DNA of 64,000 nucleotides from NCBI GenBank assembly GCA_902621305.1, contig CACNLM010000003.1:46539-110538 (forward strand). Direction: 5' to 3'. Position numbers and translations under genes: made by a program. Numbering within the stretch: position 1 is the first letter of the stretch; every line of letters starts with the position of its first letter. This DNA is from an uncultured Alphaproteobacteria bacterium (GTDB lineage Bacteria > Pseudomonadota > Alphaproteobacteria > HIMB59 > GCA-002718135). Below, piece by piece: positions 54,881 through 63,978 of the stretch. A model generated the notes under the pieces. The model was not told the origin of the DNA. It did no database searches and saw only the letters and a list, made by a program, of their open reading frames with translations.

Positions 54881-56512
54881 ATGCAAAATGTTTGCCCAGA
54901 GTATTTATATGGATCACCTTTTGAAGCCTTCTTTTGTTCAATAGGAGACTACTCAAAAATATGGTTTTTTGATCTATTCATTCAACAATGGGTTCCCTTT
55001 CTATTATCAGCTGGAATTTTTGGATTATTAATTTTAGCAATCATTTATTATCAACTAAAAGTATCACCACTTTCAAGAGAGTTATCAAATACACAGTTAT
55101 TTTTAAATAGAAAATCTTCAGGCAATAATGCTTATGACAAAAGAAAGTCTTTTTTAGAAAATTACAATGAGATTAATGAATTTTTTGAAAAAACCAAATT
55201 TTTAAAATATGCTTGGAATGAATTTAGTGAAACATTAATTACTCCTCACAAAGATGATACTCAACGAGATATTAGAAATTCAGAACATAGTGAAAAATTT
55301 TTTTACCAAGAGGCATTATTTGATGAAGCTAAAATAAGATCACAGTACGTCAACTTCATCCCAAGTTTTTTTATTAGTTTTGGATTATTACTAACATTCA
55401 TTGGTTTAGTTGCTGCTCTCATGAAAACTGGAGAGGCATTCGGAGTTGAATCCAATACTGATCAAATGATGAATTCACTACGAGACCTTTTAAGTGCTGC
55501 TACATTTAAATTTACAACTTCAATAGCTGGGATCGCTAGTGCATTAGTTTTTTCAACATATAGTAGAATTTTTATTTATTCAGCTCAATCAGTTAAAATA
55601 AATAATATTTGTTCTATTTTTGAAAAATCACTTCGTTTTGAATCTGTAGAAAAATTAACAATTTCATTAATTGAACAAAATAAACAACAAACTACTGTAT
55701 TCGAAGATTTTGGAGAAAATTTTGCAACTGCTTTAGGAGATAAACTTTCACCTATACATAATGAGTTGCAAAATATGGCTGGGCAATTTGGGCAAATGAA
55801 CCAAGATGCTTTAAGTAACATGATTGATACATTTCAAAATAATTTAACAAGTGGTTCACAAGAAATGATGAAAAATTTAGCTGAAAATTTATTAGAAGTA
55901 AGTAATAAAATTGAAGGCGTGTCATCTTCTATGACTAATTCTGGGGAACAATTTAATACTCAGTTATCAAAAGCGACCGATAACTTAATAACTTCAATTG
56001 AAGACATTAATCAGAAAATAAATTCTCAAGGTGAAACGTTTGAAAAAATATCAGAACTTACAAAAAATGCTGCAGATAGTATTGAAAATTCGACGAAATC
56101 TTTTGTTCAAATTTCTGGGCCATTAGAAGAGATTTCCGAGAAAATGCAAACATCTCTTTCCAATATTTCAGAAACTATTGGTAAGTTATCTGAGCTGCAA
56201 GAAGGCATGAATAGCACAGTTGAAGCAATAAACACGGCCACATCTACAATGCAAAATACGTGGAATGATTATCAAAATAGATTTGAAGGAATTGATGAAA
56301 GTTTTACTAAATCAGTTGAAACTTTTGGAAAGTTTATGAATGCAAATCAACAAAATGCGCAGGATTTTGTAAAAGATATTGAAACACAATTTACGTCTGC
56401 AACTCAAACATTATCATCAGTAATGACACAATTACAAGATACCGTTGATGAAATTGAGTTAAAATTATCAAATGTAAACAAACAAGAAACAGAAGGAAAT
56501 AATCAAAATTAA
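54881..56512 (+). CDS. zorA: ZorA-like protein: MotA/ExbB-type membrane stator subunit with long helical cytoplasmic tail
   Basis: 543 aa. TM1 (WVPFLLSAGIFGLLILAIIYY), a ~110-aa loop, then ExbB/MotA-like TM2-TM3 (SFGLLLTFIGLVAAL ... FTTSIAGIASALVFSTY), then ~300 aa of polar Q/N/S/T/E-rich helical tail. The gene symbol is tentative. Confidence 0.7.
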   Translation: MQNVCPEYLYGSPFEAFFCSIGDYSKIWFFDLFIQQWVPFLLSAGIFGLLILAIIYYQLKVSPLSRELSNTQLFLNRKSSGNNAYDKRKSFLENYNEINEFFEKTKFLKYAWNEFSETLITPHKDDTQRDIRNSEHSEKFFYQEALFDEAKIRSQYVNFIPSFFISFGLLLTFIGLVAALMKTGEAFGVESNTDQMMNSLRDLLSAATFKFTTSIAGIASALVFSTYSRIFIYSAQSVKINNICSIFEKSLRFESVEKLTISLIEQNKQQTTVFEDFGENFATALGDKLSPIHNELQNMAGQFGQMNQDALSNMIDTFQNNLTSGSQEMMKNLAENLLEVSNKIEGVSSSMTNSGEQFNTQLSKATDNLITSIEDINQKINSQGETFEKISELTKNAADSIENSTKSFVQISGPLEEISEKMQTSLSNISETIGKLSELQEGMNSTVEAINTATSTMQNTWNDYQNRFEGIDESFTKSVETFGKFMNANQQNAQDFVKDIETQFTSATQTLSSVMTQLQDTVDEIELKLSNVNKQETEGNNQN

Positions 56513-56515
56513 TAA

Positions 56516-58108
56516 ATGCGAAATAGAACTCACACTCTAGAAGAAGAAAGTTTTTTTCCATCTATTACAGACTTAATGGTTGGAATAATATTTATATTTA
56601 TAATTATTGTAATGGCACTAATATTACAAATTAAAGATGAGCAACAAGTAATACCTAAGCCTTTGTTTGATAAAATAAGCAATTTAACTGAACAGGAAAA
56701 AACTGAATTAGATATATTGATAGATGAGAGAGAGGATATTGATCAAAGAGTAAAGGATTTAGCAAATGAAAAAATTAAAAATAATAAGTTAAATCAACAA
56801 ATTCTCGAAGCAAATAAAATTATTGAAAATCAAAATGAAAAAATAGCAATATTAAATAAGGAGCAAAAAAAAATAGATAAAATATTTGATGATTTAGGAC
56901 TAGAAGTTTTAAAAAATGAAGAATTATCAAATCAATTGATTGATGCAAATAAAACCATCGAAAATCAATCAAAAGTAATAGATGAAAAATTAGTAGTTGA
57001 ATTAAAGAATGAAAAATTAATTGAAGAATTAGATTTAATTAAAAATGATTTAAATAATAAAAATAAAGAATTAATTAAATTAGACAAAAAGATTAAAGAT
57101 TTAAATAATCAAATTATTGAAATACCAATTCTAGAAGAAAAAATTGAAATTCTAAATAAAGAAATTGAGAGTTATTTAGAAATAAATAATACAAACCAAA
57201 ATATAACTGATCAATTAAAATCATTATTAGTTGAAAATAATAAGCTTGAAAAAGAAAATAAATTATTAGTCTCCGAAATTCAAAACAGCAGTGATCTAAT
57301 AAATACAAAAAATAAACTTGAAGAACAAAACTTAATATTAGAAAATAAAATTTATAATCTTCAACAAGAAGTCAATATTTTACAAAATGAAAATTTAAAT
57401 CAAATTAGTGAAACAGAGTTTATTATTGAACAAATAAATAAATTAAAAGATGACGCCACTAAAAATCTTTTAGATGAAATTAAAATATTATTTAAAAAAC
57501 AAAATATAAATATTACTATTGATTATCCTAACTCTAAATTTATTTTATCTTCAAATAAATTATTTTCTCAAGGAAGTTCTACTCTTTTAACAAGTGGAAT
57601 TGAAGAAATTAATAAAATCTCAAATATATTTGCACAAATACTACCATGCTTTTCTTATGAACCATTTTACTTAAAGAAATCTAACGCTTTAAATAATAGT
57701 GAAAAAACATGGAAAAAATTACAAGATAAATACAATCATCAAACTTACTGTAATTCGGAAAAAATGAAAATTTCAAATATTTTTAAAATTAATACATTGA
57801 TGATTGAGGGTCATACTGATCAAGATAATAAAAAAGTAGCTGATGAAGAAGAATTATCAGTAAAACGAGCATCAAATACTTTTAAGCAAATAAGAAAAAA
57901 ACAAATATTAATTTCTGGTTTAACAAATAAAAATGGAGAGCCTATTTTTGGCTATTCAGGATATGGAAGAACAAGGCCCTTAATAGAAAATGCCAAAACA
58001 GAAAATCAAAAATCTAAAAATAGAAGATTAGAGTTTAGATTTTTATTTGGAGAACCAGAAAAAACTCAATTTATGAAATACTTAAAAGAATTACAAAATG
58101 CCTCTTAA
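56516..58108 (+). CDS. zorB: ZorB-like protein: MotB-type anchor (Asp-TM) + ~290-aa coiled coil + OmpA/MotB-like peptidoglycan-binding domain
   Basis: 530 aa. SITD(19)LMVGIIFIFIIIVMALIL parallels the MotB plug/TM with its essential Asp. C-terminal MIEGHTDQDN...LSVKRASNTF...NRRLEFRF are OmpA-like motifs. The central N/K/E/I/L-rich heptad-like region has internal repeats (ANKIIENQNEKI / ANKTIENQSKVI). The gene symbol is tentative. Confidence 0.7.
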   Translation: MRNRTHTLEEESFFPSITDLMVGIIFIFIIIVMALILQIKDEQQVIPKPLFDKISNLTEQEKTELDILIDEREDIDQRVKDLANEKIKNNKLNQQILEANKIIENQNEKIAILNKEQKKIDKIFDDLGLEVLKNEELSNQLIDANKTIENQSKVIDEKLVVELKNEKLIEELDLIKNDLNNKNKELIKLDKKIKDLNNQIIEIPILEEKIEILNKEIESYLEINNTNQNITDQLKSLLVENNKLEKENKLLVSEIQNSSDLINTKNKLEEQNLILENKIYNLQQEVNILQNENLNQISETEFIIEQINKLKDDATKNLLDEIKILFKKQNINITIDYPNSKFILSSNKLFSQGSSTLLTSGIEEINKISNIFAQILPCFSYEPFYLKKSNALNNSEKTWKKLQDKYNHQTYCNSEKMKISNIFKINTLMIEGHTDQDNKKVADEEELSVKRASNTFKQIRKKQILISGLTNKNGEPIFGYSGYGRTRPLIENAKTENQKSKNRRLEFRFLFGEPEKTQFMKYLKELQNAS

Positions 58109-59504
58109 AGAATTATTAAAAAATTATCATATTAAAACTGGTGTTGATAAGCTCAAAGAATTGCCAGCTGAGTCAACAATGTTAAGAAAAGCGAAAAAAA
58201 ACATTAAAATATTATTTGATCCTGTTGTAGAGCCACAACCAAATGACTTAAATGATTTAGAGAAAGTTATTCCTGAGATAATTAATCATTTTCAAAAAGG
58301 CAAAATAAACAATTTATCTCCTTCTTTAAAAAGAAAAATCCCATTCTGTATTTGGTTTAAAAAAAATCCTTTAAAAAAACATATGTACATTATTAATGAT
58401 TACTATGATGATGTTATAGCTAATCCAACAAAACGAAGTTTATGGAACTTAATTTATGCATATTTACTTAATTATGACTTAAATGATATTGATTGCAAAA
58501 AAATTGGAAATGTTATTTTAAAAGTTAATAGTAAAATTAATGATCAACGCATAAGTCCTTTGATTGATAAGTATGCTTTATTTTCACTAGGAGAAGATAC
58601 TAGAAATGTTTCAACATTCTTAAAGTCTTACGACGAAACATTTGAAAATTTTTTGGTTGATGAGTTTTTAGTTAATCAAACTGTTATGCAATCAAAGTTT
58701 ATGGAAACAGTATTCAGATATGTTGCAAGTGATTTCAAAAATAATCTAAACGTTAATTATATTAAAAAAATTATTGATATTTATAAAAATGAAGATGTTA
58801 TTAATTATGAAAATCAATCAATTCATATGATTGAATCATTTCTTGATCCATGGATAAACCAAAAACCTAGTCCAGAAATAAAGAAATTTCTTGAGGAATA
58901 TTTAATTGATGAATTTGGCGATCTACGAAATCCTGATGAAGAAAATAAATGGTTGCAAATAAAAGAAGTGCACAAAAAAATATTTAGACGCTGGCTTGCT
59001 GGTGCTCAAATAGAATTCTTTGTAAATATAATTTCAGATGTTGCTTATATGGATCAGTGGCAATATCGAAGAAAATTTTGGTTAAGTTACTATGATGAGA
59101 ATAGAATTGATGATGCTTATGTAATTTTAGGTAAAGATGCAATCGATTACATAAATACTAAAAATCATGATAACATTATAAATTTTGGAAAATTTGCAAC
59201 TGGCTCTAGAGTTAGAAGAGATCAAAGTGTTCTTTTACTTAAAATAAATGATTTAATTATTGCCGATTGGTCTCACGATGGCGCTTGTCGAATATGGGAA
59301 GAATCATCTAAAAATCATCCTGAAATGTTTAAAGATGAATATACGAGAGATGAATTAGTTGAAAATGTCTCTTTTGATCCAATTAATCACATTAGTTCTG
59401 CTTACGGAACTTGGCAAAGAAGAGTTGCTTCGCACATTCAAAATTATACTGGAATAAGAATGGCACCAAATAAATTTATGCCTCAAGATCACGAGTTAGA
59501 ATGA
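58098..59504 (+). CDS. zorC: ZorC-like protein (EH-signature-like C-terminal domain)
   Basis: 468 aa, overlapping zorB-like by 11 nt. The C-terminal WQYRRKFWLSYY...SVLLLKINDLIIADWSHDGACRIW resembles the EH-signature block (E/D-W-S-H). The call rests on memory of the family plus operon position. Confidence 0.55.
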   Translation: MPLKELLKNYHIKTGVDKLKELPAESTMLRKAKKNIKILFDPVVEPQPNDLNDLEKVIPEIINHFQKGKINNLSPSLKRKIPFCIWFKKNPLKKHMYIINDYYDDVIANPTKRSLWNLIYAYLLNYDLNDIDCKKIGNVILKVNSKINDQRISPLIDKYALFSLGEDTRNVSTFLKSYDETFENFLVDEFLVNQTVMQSKFMETVFRYVASDFKNNLNVNYIKKIIDIYKNEDVINYENQSIHMIESFLDPWINQKPSPEIKKFLEEYLIDEFGDLRNPDEENKWLQIKEVHKKIFRRWLAGAQIEFFVNIISDVAYMDQWQYRRKFWLSYYDENRIDDAYVILGKDAIDYINTKNHDNIINFGKFATGSRVRRDQSVLLLKINDLIIADWSHDGACRIWEESSKNHPEMFKDEYTRDELVENVSFDPINHISSAYGTWQRRVASHIQNYTGIRMAPNKFMPQDHELE

Positions 59505-62500
59505 TAGTTAAATTCAAATATGACAAAGATTGGGTCAGTTTTTCTATCGAAGATAATGGTAAATTAATTGAAACAGATAAATGGACTGAATTATCAAATG
59601 AAAAGTTTTTCAATGGAATTTCTACTTTACTAGGAAAAATTTCGGAGTCAGATAATGAAAATGATGGACTAATTAATGATAGTGAAATTCTAGTTTCTCA
59701 CAGGATAGTATCTGAACTAAACGACAAAGATGCTAATAATTTATCATTACCACCAAAGGTTCCATATATTTTAGATCTAAAACATAAAGGAACATTGTCT
59801 TCCCTAAGCTTTAGTATGTCTGCAGATTGGTTAGATTTAAATGGTCAGTACATTGTTGGTTCAGAACAAGTTGGTTGCATTCTAGAACATGGAAGTAAGG
59901 TTTACAGAACTTTTGATCCATTTTATTCTATCATTAGTAAAATTAATTTAATTTCTGAAATAACTGAAAAAAAAGAACTTTATGAAGTTTGGAGTGATAT
60001 TCAAAATTATTTACCTGAAGAGTTTCAGGAGTCTATTAGAACAACAGACACAATTAAGAGAACAAGAATAGCTTTTGCAACTTCTTTTAGTTTAAATGTC
60101 AAATCAAATGAAGAGGGGTTTGATTATGATCCAGTCTTATTTGGCAAAAAACAAATCGAATTATCAAAAGAAAATAATGAAGAATTATCTGAAAATCAAA
60201 ATTTATTACATCCAACTGTTCATGATAAGTTTGTTGAGAATTTTAATACTTTAAATAATATTCAAAGCCGTATTCCACTTAAAGATGGATGGTATGTATA
60301 CTTAGACCCTAAAATAAAAGAATCTTTAAAGGTTGCTAAATCCATAAAATCTGAAGTCAAAGAAGCTAGAAAGAGGTTTATTAGAAACCCAACTTCAGTA
60401 ATTAAAGAAAAACTTCAAGATAGTTTTGATGAAATTGAAATTAATGAATTTGAAAACGTATTTATAGAAACTACTCAATATTCTGAAAGAGTTTTAGATG
60501 TAGGAGTATTTGAAAAAAAAGTTTTACCATGGATTAAAAGAAAAGGGGAAGAATGGTTTCCTGATACATTTGGTCTTCAAATTGGGGAAAGTTTTATTCA
60601 AGTAAAAAAAGATAATGTTACAGAGTTAAAAGATAAAATTTCAGATGCTGTTAAAAACAACAAAGAGAAAATAAATTGGGATGGAACGGATATTCCGGCC
60701 AATCAAGAATCTTTAGATGCAGTTAATCTTTTAGTTGGATTAGAAAAACCAGAAAATTTAGAAAAAGTTAAAAAACAATCTAAAGAAAAGAAATCAAATA
60801 TTGTTCTGCTCATTGAAGAAAATTTTGAAAATATTGGTTACAAAAAAGAAATAGAAAAGAGAAACAATACAATATCCAGAGATTATAGTTTTTTGAAATC
60901 AACTACTAAATTAAAAAAACATCAGGAAGAGGGTTTTGAATGGCTTTGCTCAAGTTGGGAAAGAGGATTACCGGGCGTATTATTAGCTGATGACATGGGT
61001 CTTGGTAAAACATTACAAGCATTATCTTTTTTACTGTCTGTCATAGAATTAATGAAAAAAAATCTTTTACCCAAAAAACCAATTCTAATCGTTGCTCCTA
61101 CAGCTTTATTAGAAAACTGGATACAAGAAATGAAAATTCATATTGATGAAGTTTCTTTTGCAAATTTACATATTGAAAAAGCTTATGGAAATAATTTGGA
61201 TAAATATAAAAAAGAAAGAACCAATGAAATTTCTACAGGAAAACCTAATCTGGATATTAATGAATTTAAATTATCTGATATTATACTTACAACATATGAA
61301 ACTTTAAGAGACTATCAACACAGTCTTTGTTCAATTCCTTATCAATTATTAATTTTTGATGAGATGCAGAAAATTAAAACACCTGGCACAATTATTACGC
61401 AGGCATCAAAATCAGTTAAGGCGGAATTTATTTTAGGACTTACTGGAACACCAATTGAAAATAGATTATCCGATCTTTGGTGTATATTTGATACTTTATT
61501 CCCACAAATTTTAGGAACACTTAAAAATTTTAGTAAGCAATATGAAAAAGATGACGCTGATCCTCAAGACAATGAAGATCTAAAAAATTTCTTAAGTACT
61601 AAACAAGATGATAAACCTCCACTTTTATTTAGAAGAATGAAAGAGGATGTTTTAGATTCACTTCCAAAGAAAACAATTAATCTTGTTCCTATGGAAATGC
61701 CCTCTGTTCAAGAACAAGCTTATAGTGATGCAATAACTAAGGCATTTGGTGGAACTGGTAAAAGCAGATTTGAAGCATTGAGTAATATACGCTCAATTTC
61801 ACTCCATCCATTACATCCAAGTACATATGAAGGTGAAACTTATATTGATCAATCAGCTAGACTGAAAAAAACTTTTGAAATTTTGGATGAAATAAAACTT
61901 CGTAATGAAAAAGCATTAATATTTTTAGAAAGTAGAGAAATGCAACCTCTATTAGCAATGCTTATTAAAAAGAAATATAAATTAGATAAATTGCCCTTAC
62001 TTATTAATGGTGCTGTATCAGGTAAAGAAAGACAAAACAGGGTTAATGAATTTCAACAATTAGAGGACGGCTTTAATGTCATGATACTTTCTCCAAAAGC
62101 AGGAGGAGTAGGGCTTACATTGACTGCAGCAAATAATGTAATACACCTTCAACGTTGGTGGAATCCTGCAGTAGAGGATCAATGTACAGATAGAGTATTT
62201 AGAATTGGTCAGACAAAAGATGTAAATGTTTATATTCCGCAATCATTGTATAGAGCTAATCCTGATAGTAGTTTTGATGTTAAAATTGATTCATTACTAG
62301 AAAGTAAAAGACTATTAAGTAGAAACATGCTTGTGGCACCTGTCGATTTTGAAAAAGATAGAGATAATTTATTTGAAGAAACAATTAAAACCGCAAGAGG
62401 ATCAAGTGATGAAGAAGAACTTTATCAAATTAATATAGAAGAAATTGATGGAATGGAACCTATACAATTTGAAGAATGGGTTACATCTTTCTTAAATGGA

Positions 62501-62800
62501 AAAGAATATGAAGTTAATAGCACGCCAAAAAGTCATGATGGTGGTGCAGACATAATAGCCAAAAAAAATGGAATTGATTACATAATACAATGCAAACATA
62601 CAGGTAATAGAAAAAATATTTGTGATAATGAAGCTACACAAGATTTAATTAGAGCTAAAAAGAACTATAAAATGGAATCAGCAGGTTTAATATCTGTTAC
62701 AAATGCAAATGGTTATTCTGAAGAAGCAATGACAGATGCGAAAGATCATGCAATAACTCTCATTGATCGAAATAATTTAGTCAATTGGAATCCAAACTAA
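59501..62800 (+). CDS. zorD: ZorD-like SNF2-family helicase fused to a C-terminal Mrr-type restriction-endonuclease domain
   Basis: 1099 aa. SNF2 motifs LLADDMGLGKT (60989), FDEMQKIK (61358), LTGTPIENRL, and helicase-C QRWWNPAVEDQCTDRVFRIGQ. C-terminal FEEWV...HDGGADIIAKKNGIDYIIQCKH (from 62534) is an Mrr_cat-like D...QxK core. The ~480-aa N-terminal region is unassigned. Confidence 0.8.
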   Translation: MIVKFKYDKDWVSFSIEDNGKLIETDKWTELSNEKFFNGISTLLGKISESDNENDGLINDSEILVSHRIVSELNDKDANNLSLPPKVPYILDLKHKGTLSSLSFSMSADWLDLNGQYIVGSEQVGCILEHGSKVYRTFDPFYSIISKINLISEITEKKELYEVWSDIQNYLPEEFQESIRTTDTIKRTRIAFATSFSLNVKSNEEGFDYDPVLFGKKQIELSKENNEELSENQNLLHPTVHDKFVENFNTLNNIQSRIPLKDGWYVYLDPKIKESLKVAKSIKSEVKEARKRFIRNPTSVIKEKLQDSFDEIEINEFENVFIETTQYSERVLDVGVFEKKVLPWIKRKGEEWFPDTFGLQIGESFIQVKKDNVTELKDKISDAVKNNKEKINWDGTDIPANQESLDAVNLLVGLEKPENLEKVKKQSKEKKSNIVLLIEENFENIGYKKEIEKRNNTISRDYSFLKSTTKLKKHQEEGFEWLCSSWERGLPGVLLADDMGLGKTLQALSFLLSVIELMKKNLLPKKPILIVAPTALLENWIQEMKIHIDEVSFANLHIEKAYGNNLDKYKKERTNEISTGKPNLDINEFKLSDIILTTYETLRDYQHSLCSIPYQLLIFDEMQKIKTPGTIITQASKSVKAEFILGLTGTPIENRLSDLWCIFDTLFPQILGTLKNFSKQYEKDDADPQDNEDLKNFLSTKQDDKPPLLFRRMKEDVLDSLPKKTINLVPMEMPSVQEQAYSDAITKAFGGTGKSRFEALSNIRSISLHPLHPSTYEGETYIDQSARLKKTFEILDEIKLRNEKALIFLESREMQPLLAMLIKKKYKLDKLPLLINGAVSGKERQNRVNEFQQLEDGFNVMILSPKAGGVGLTLTAANNVIHLQRWWNPAVEDQCTDRVFRIGQTKDVNVYIPQSLYRANPDSSFDVKIDSLLESKRLLSRNMLVAPVDFEKDRDNLFEETIKTARGSSDEEELYQINIEEIDGMEPIQFEEWVTSFLNGKEYEVNSTPKSHDGGADIIAKKNGIDYIIQCKHTGNRKNICDNEATQDLIRAKKNYKMESAGLISVTNANGYSEEAMTDAKDHAITLIDRNNLVNWNPN

Positions 62801-62801
62801 T

Positions 62802-63320
62802 ATGAGTGAAAAAAAATATTCTAACTCAATAATATTTTCTAATGATAAAAAAAACTCTCAATCTCCAGATTTTAGAGGTGAAATAGATATTGAAGGAAAA
62901 AAATATCCAGCTTCAGTATGGTTAAAAATTGCTAAAAATAATAAAAAATATTTATCTGTATCAATTGAAAACACAAATATGGAAAATAATTCAAGATCAG
63001 AAACAATTAAAAGAATAGAAAAATTATCCACTCCAAATATAAAAGACTCAAAACAAATAAGTCAAATCAATCAGTCATTTGAACCAAAGAAAAAATCTTA
63101 TATTAATTCGAAATCTCAAATACCTTCTTCAAGTAAAAGAAAAAAAATAGATAATCTTTCAGCTCGCTATGGTATTTCAACGAATTCAGAAACAAACAAA
63201 AAAAATTTAAGAAATTTTGGAACAGCAGCAAAAAAACCTCCAAAAACATATGCTAGATTTATAGATGAGCCTCTTGGCTCACGTGAAGATTTTATAAAAG
63301 ATAGAAAAAGAAGAAATTAA
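62802..63320 (+). CDS. Basic Lys/Ser/Asn-rich protein with a phage/plasmid-type (DUF736-like) N-terminal module
   Basis: 172 aa, with its ATG 1 nt after the zorD-like stop. IIFSNDKKNSQSPDFRGEIDIEGKKYPASVWLKIAKNNKKYLSVSIE resembles a small module common in phage and plasmid proteins (lFkNd.K....PDy.G.i.i.G..y..s.W.K....G..ylS). The remainder looks disordered and highly basic. Confidence 0.5.
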   Translation: MSEKKYSNSIIFSNDKKNSQSPDFRGEIDIEGKKYPASVWLKIAKNNKKYLSVSIENTNMENNSRSETIKRIEKLSTPNIKDSKQISQINQSFEPKKKSYINSKSQIPSSSKRKKIDNLSARYGISTNSETNKKNLRNFGTAAKKPPKTYARFIDEPLGSREDFIKDRKRRN

Positions 63321-63329
63321 TTTAATACA

Positions 63330-63728
63330 ATGAAGCATTTAAAATTAATTATTTTTAGTACATTAGTATTGGTATTATTTATTCCGACATTAATTTCTTC
63401 TTACATAACTATAAATTATTTTTTTAATAAAAATTTTTTTACAAATACTGAGTATATTGCTTCTGATTTTTACACATCAGATGATGAAATAGGTTTTTAT
63501 ACTGATTGGTGTATAAAGAATAGTTTTGGTGGCAGAACAATTGGAACTGATGAAGAAAAATTGGCCAATTGTATTGATGCAGAACTTAGGTTAACAATGC
63601 TTTCATCAATTATATTACATTTTTCTCAAATTTCGACTCTAATTTTACTTCCAATTTTTTTAATAATTTTTTATTTTTATTTTAAGTGGTTTAGGAGAAA
63701 TTATATTAATAAAACTATAATCCACTAA
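63330..63728 (+). CDS. Small membrane protein (N- and C-terminal TM helices)
   Basis: 132 aa, 9 nt after the previous gene. No motif. Confidence 0.45.
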   Translation: MKHLKLIIFSTLVLVLFIPTLISSYITINYFFNKNFFTNTEYIASDFYTSDDEIGFYTDWCIKNSFGGRTIGTDEEKLANCIDAELRLTMLSSIILHFSQISTLILLPIFLIIFYFYFKWFRRNYINKTIIH

Positions 63729-63978
63729 CATCAATATCGTATCCCTTACCAGTATCAAATTTAATAATATCTTGATCTTCAAATATTCTTATTGGATCAT
63801 CATCTTTATTTTCATCTTTATTTGATAAAAATATTTCTACTTGTTTAAAGTTATCACTTTCTCCAAATAATGTTAAAGTTAATTCTTTGGTTGTCTCATT
63901 AGGATTTACAAAATTTCTATAATCACTTCTTAATGGTATGACTTTCTTATCATAGGGAATAAATTCATAAACATGCAT
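63715..63978 (-). CDS. Hypothetical protein (87 aa)
   Basis: ORF only. Convergent with and overlapping 63330..63728 by 14 nt. Confidence 0.4.
   Translation of the reverse strand: MHVYEFIPYDKKVIPLRSDYRNFVNPNETTKELTLTLFGESDNFKQVEIFLSNKDENKDDDPIRIFEDQDIIKFDTGKGYDIDVSGL

Noticed and set aside
56700-57450. Repetitive AT-rich DNA, considered as a possible tandem repeat or CRISPR-like array.
   Set aside because: The repeats are imperfect, have no regular repeat-spacer period, and lie in frame within a long ORF encoding a heptad-like coiled coil. No CRISPR array is seen anywhere in the window.
740-62242. Short ORFs lying antisense to, or out of frame within, longer well-supported genes. These are 740..943, 6246..6494, 7795..8070, 11923..12159, 12629..12844, 12694..12963, 16924..17169, 19058..19318, 21231..21437, 23539..23739, 24811..25011, 25251..25487, 26117..26341, 27408..27593, 34705..34911, 40381..40581, 42045..42242, 44503..44835, 46661..46936, 47381..47668, 49654..49839, 50007..50309, 55585..55821, 57114..57308 and 62060..62242.
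   Set aside because: Each is fully or mostly embedded in a longer ORF that has clear family motifs or better context. Their translations are low-complexity or hydrophobic junk typical of shadow ORFs in AT-rich DNA, and none has an RBS or motif.
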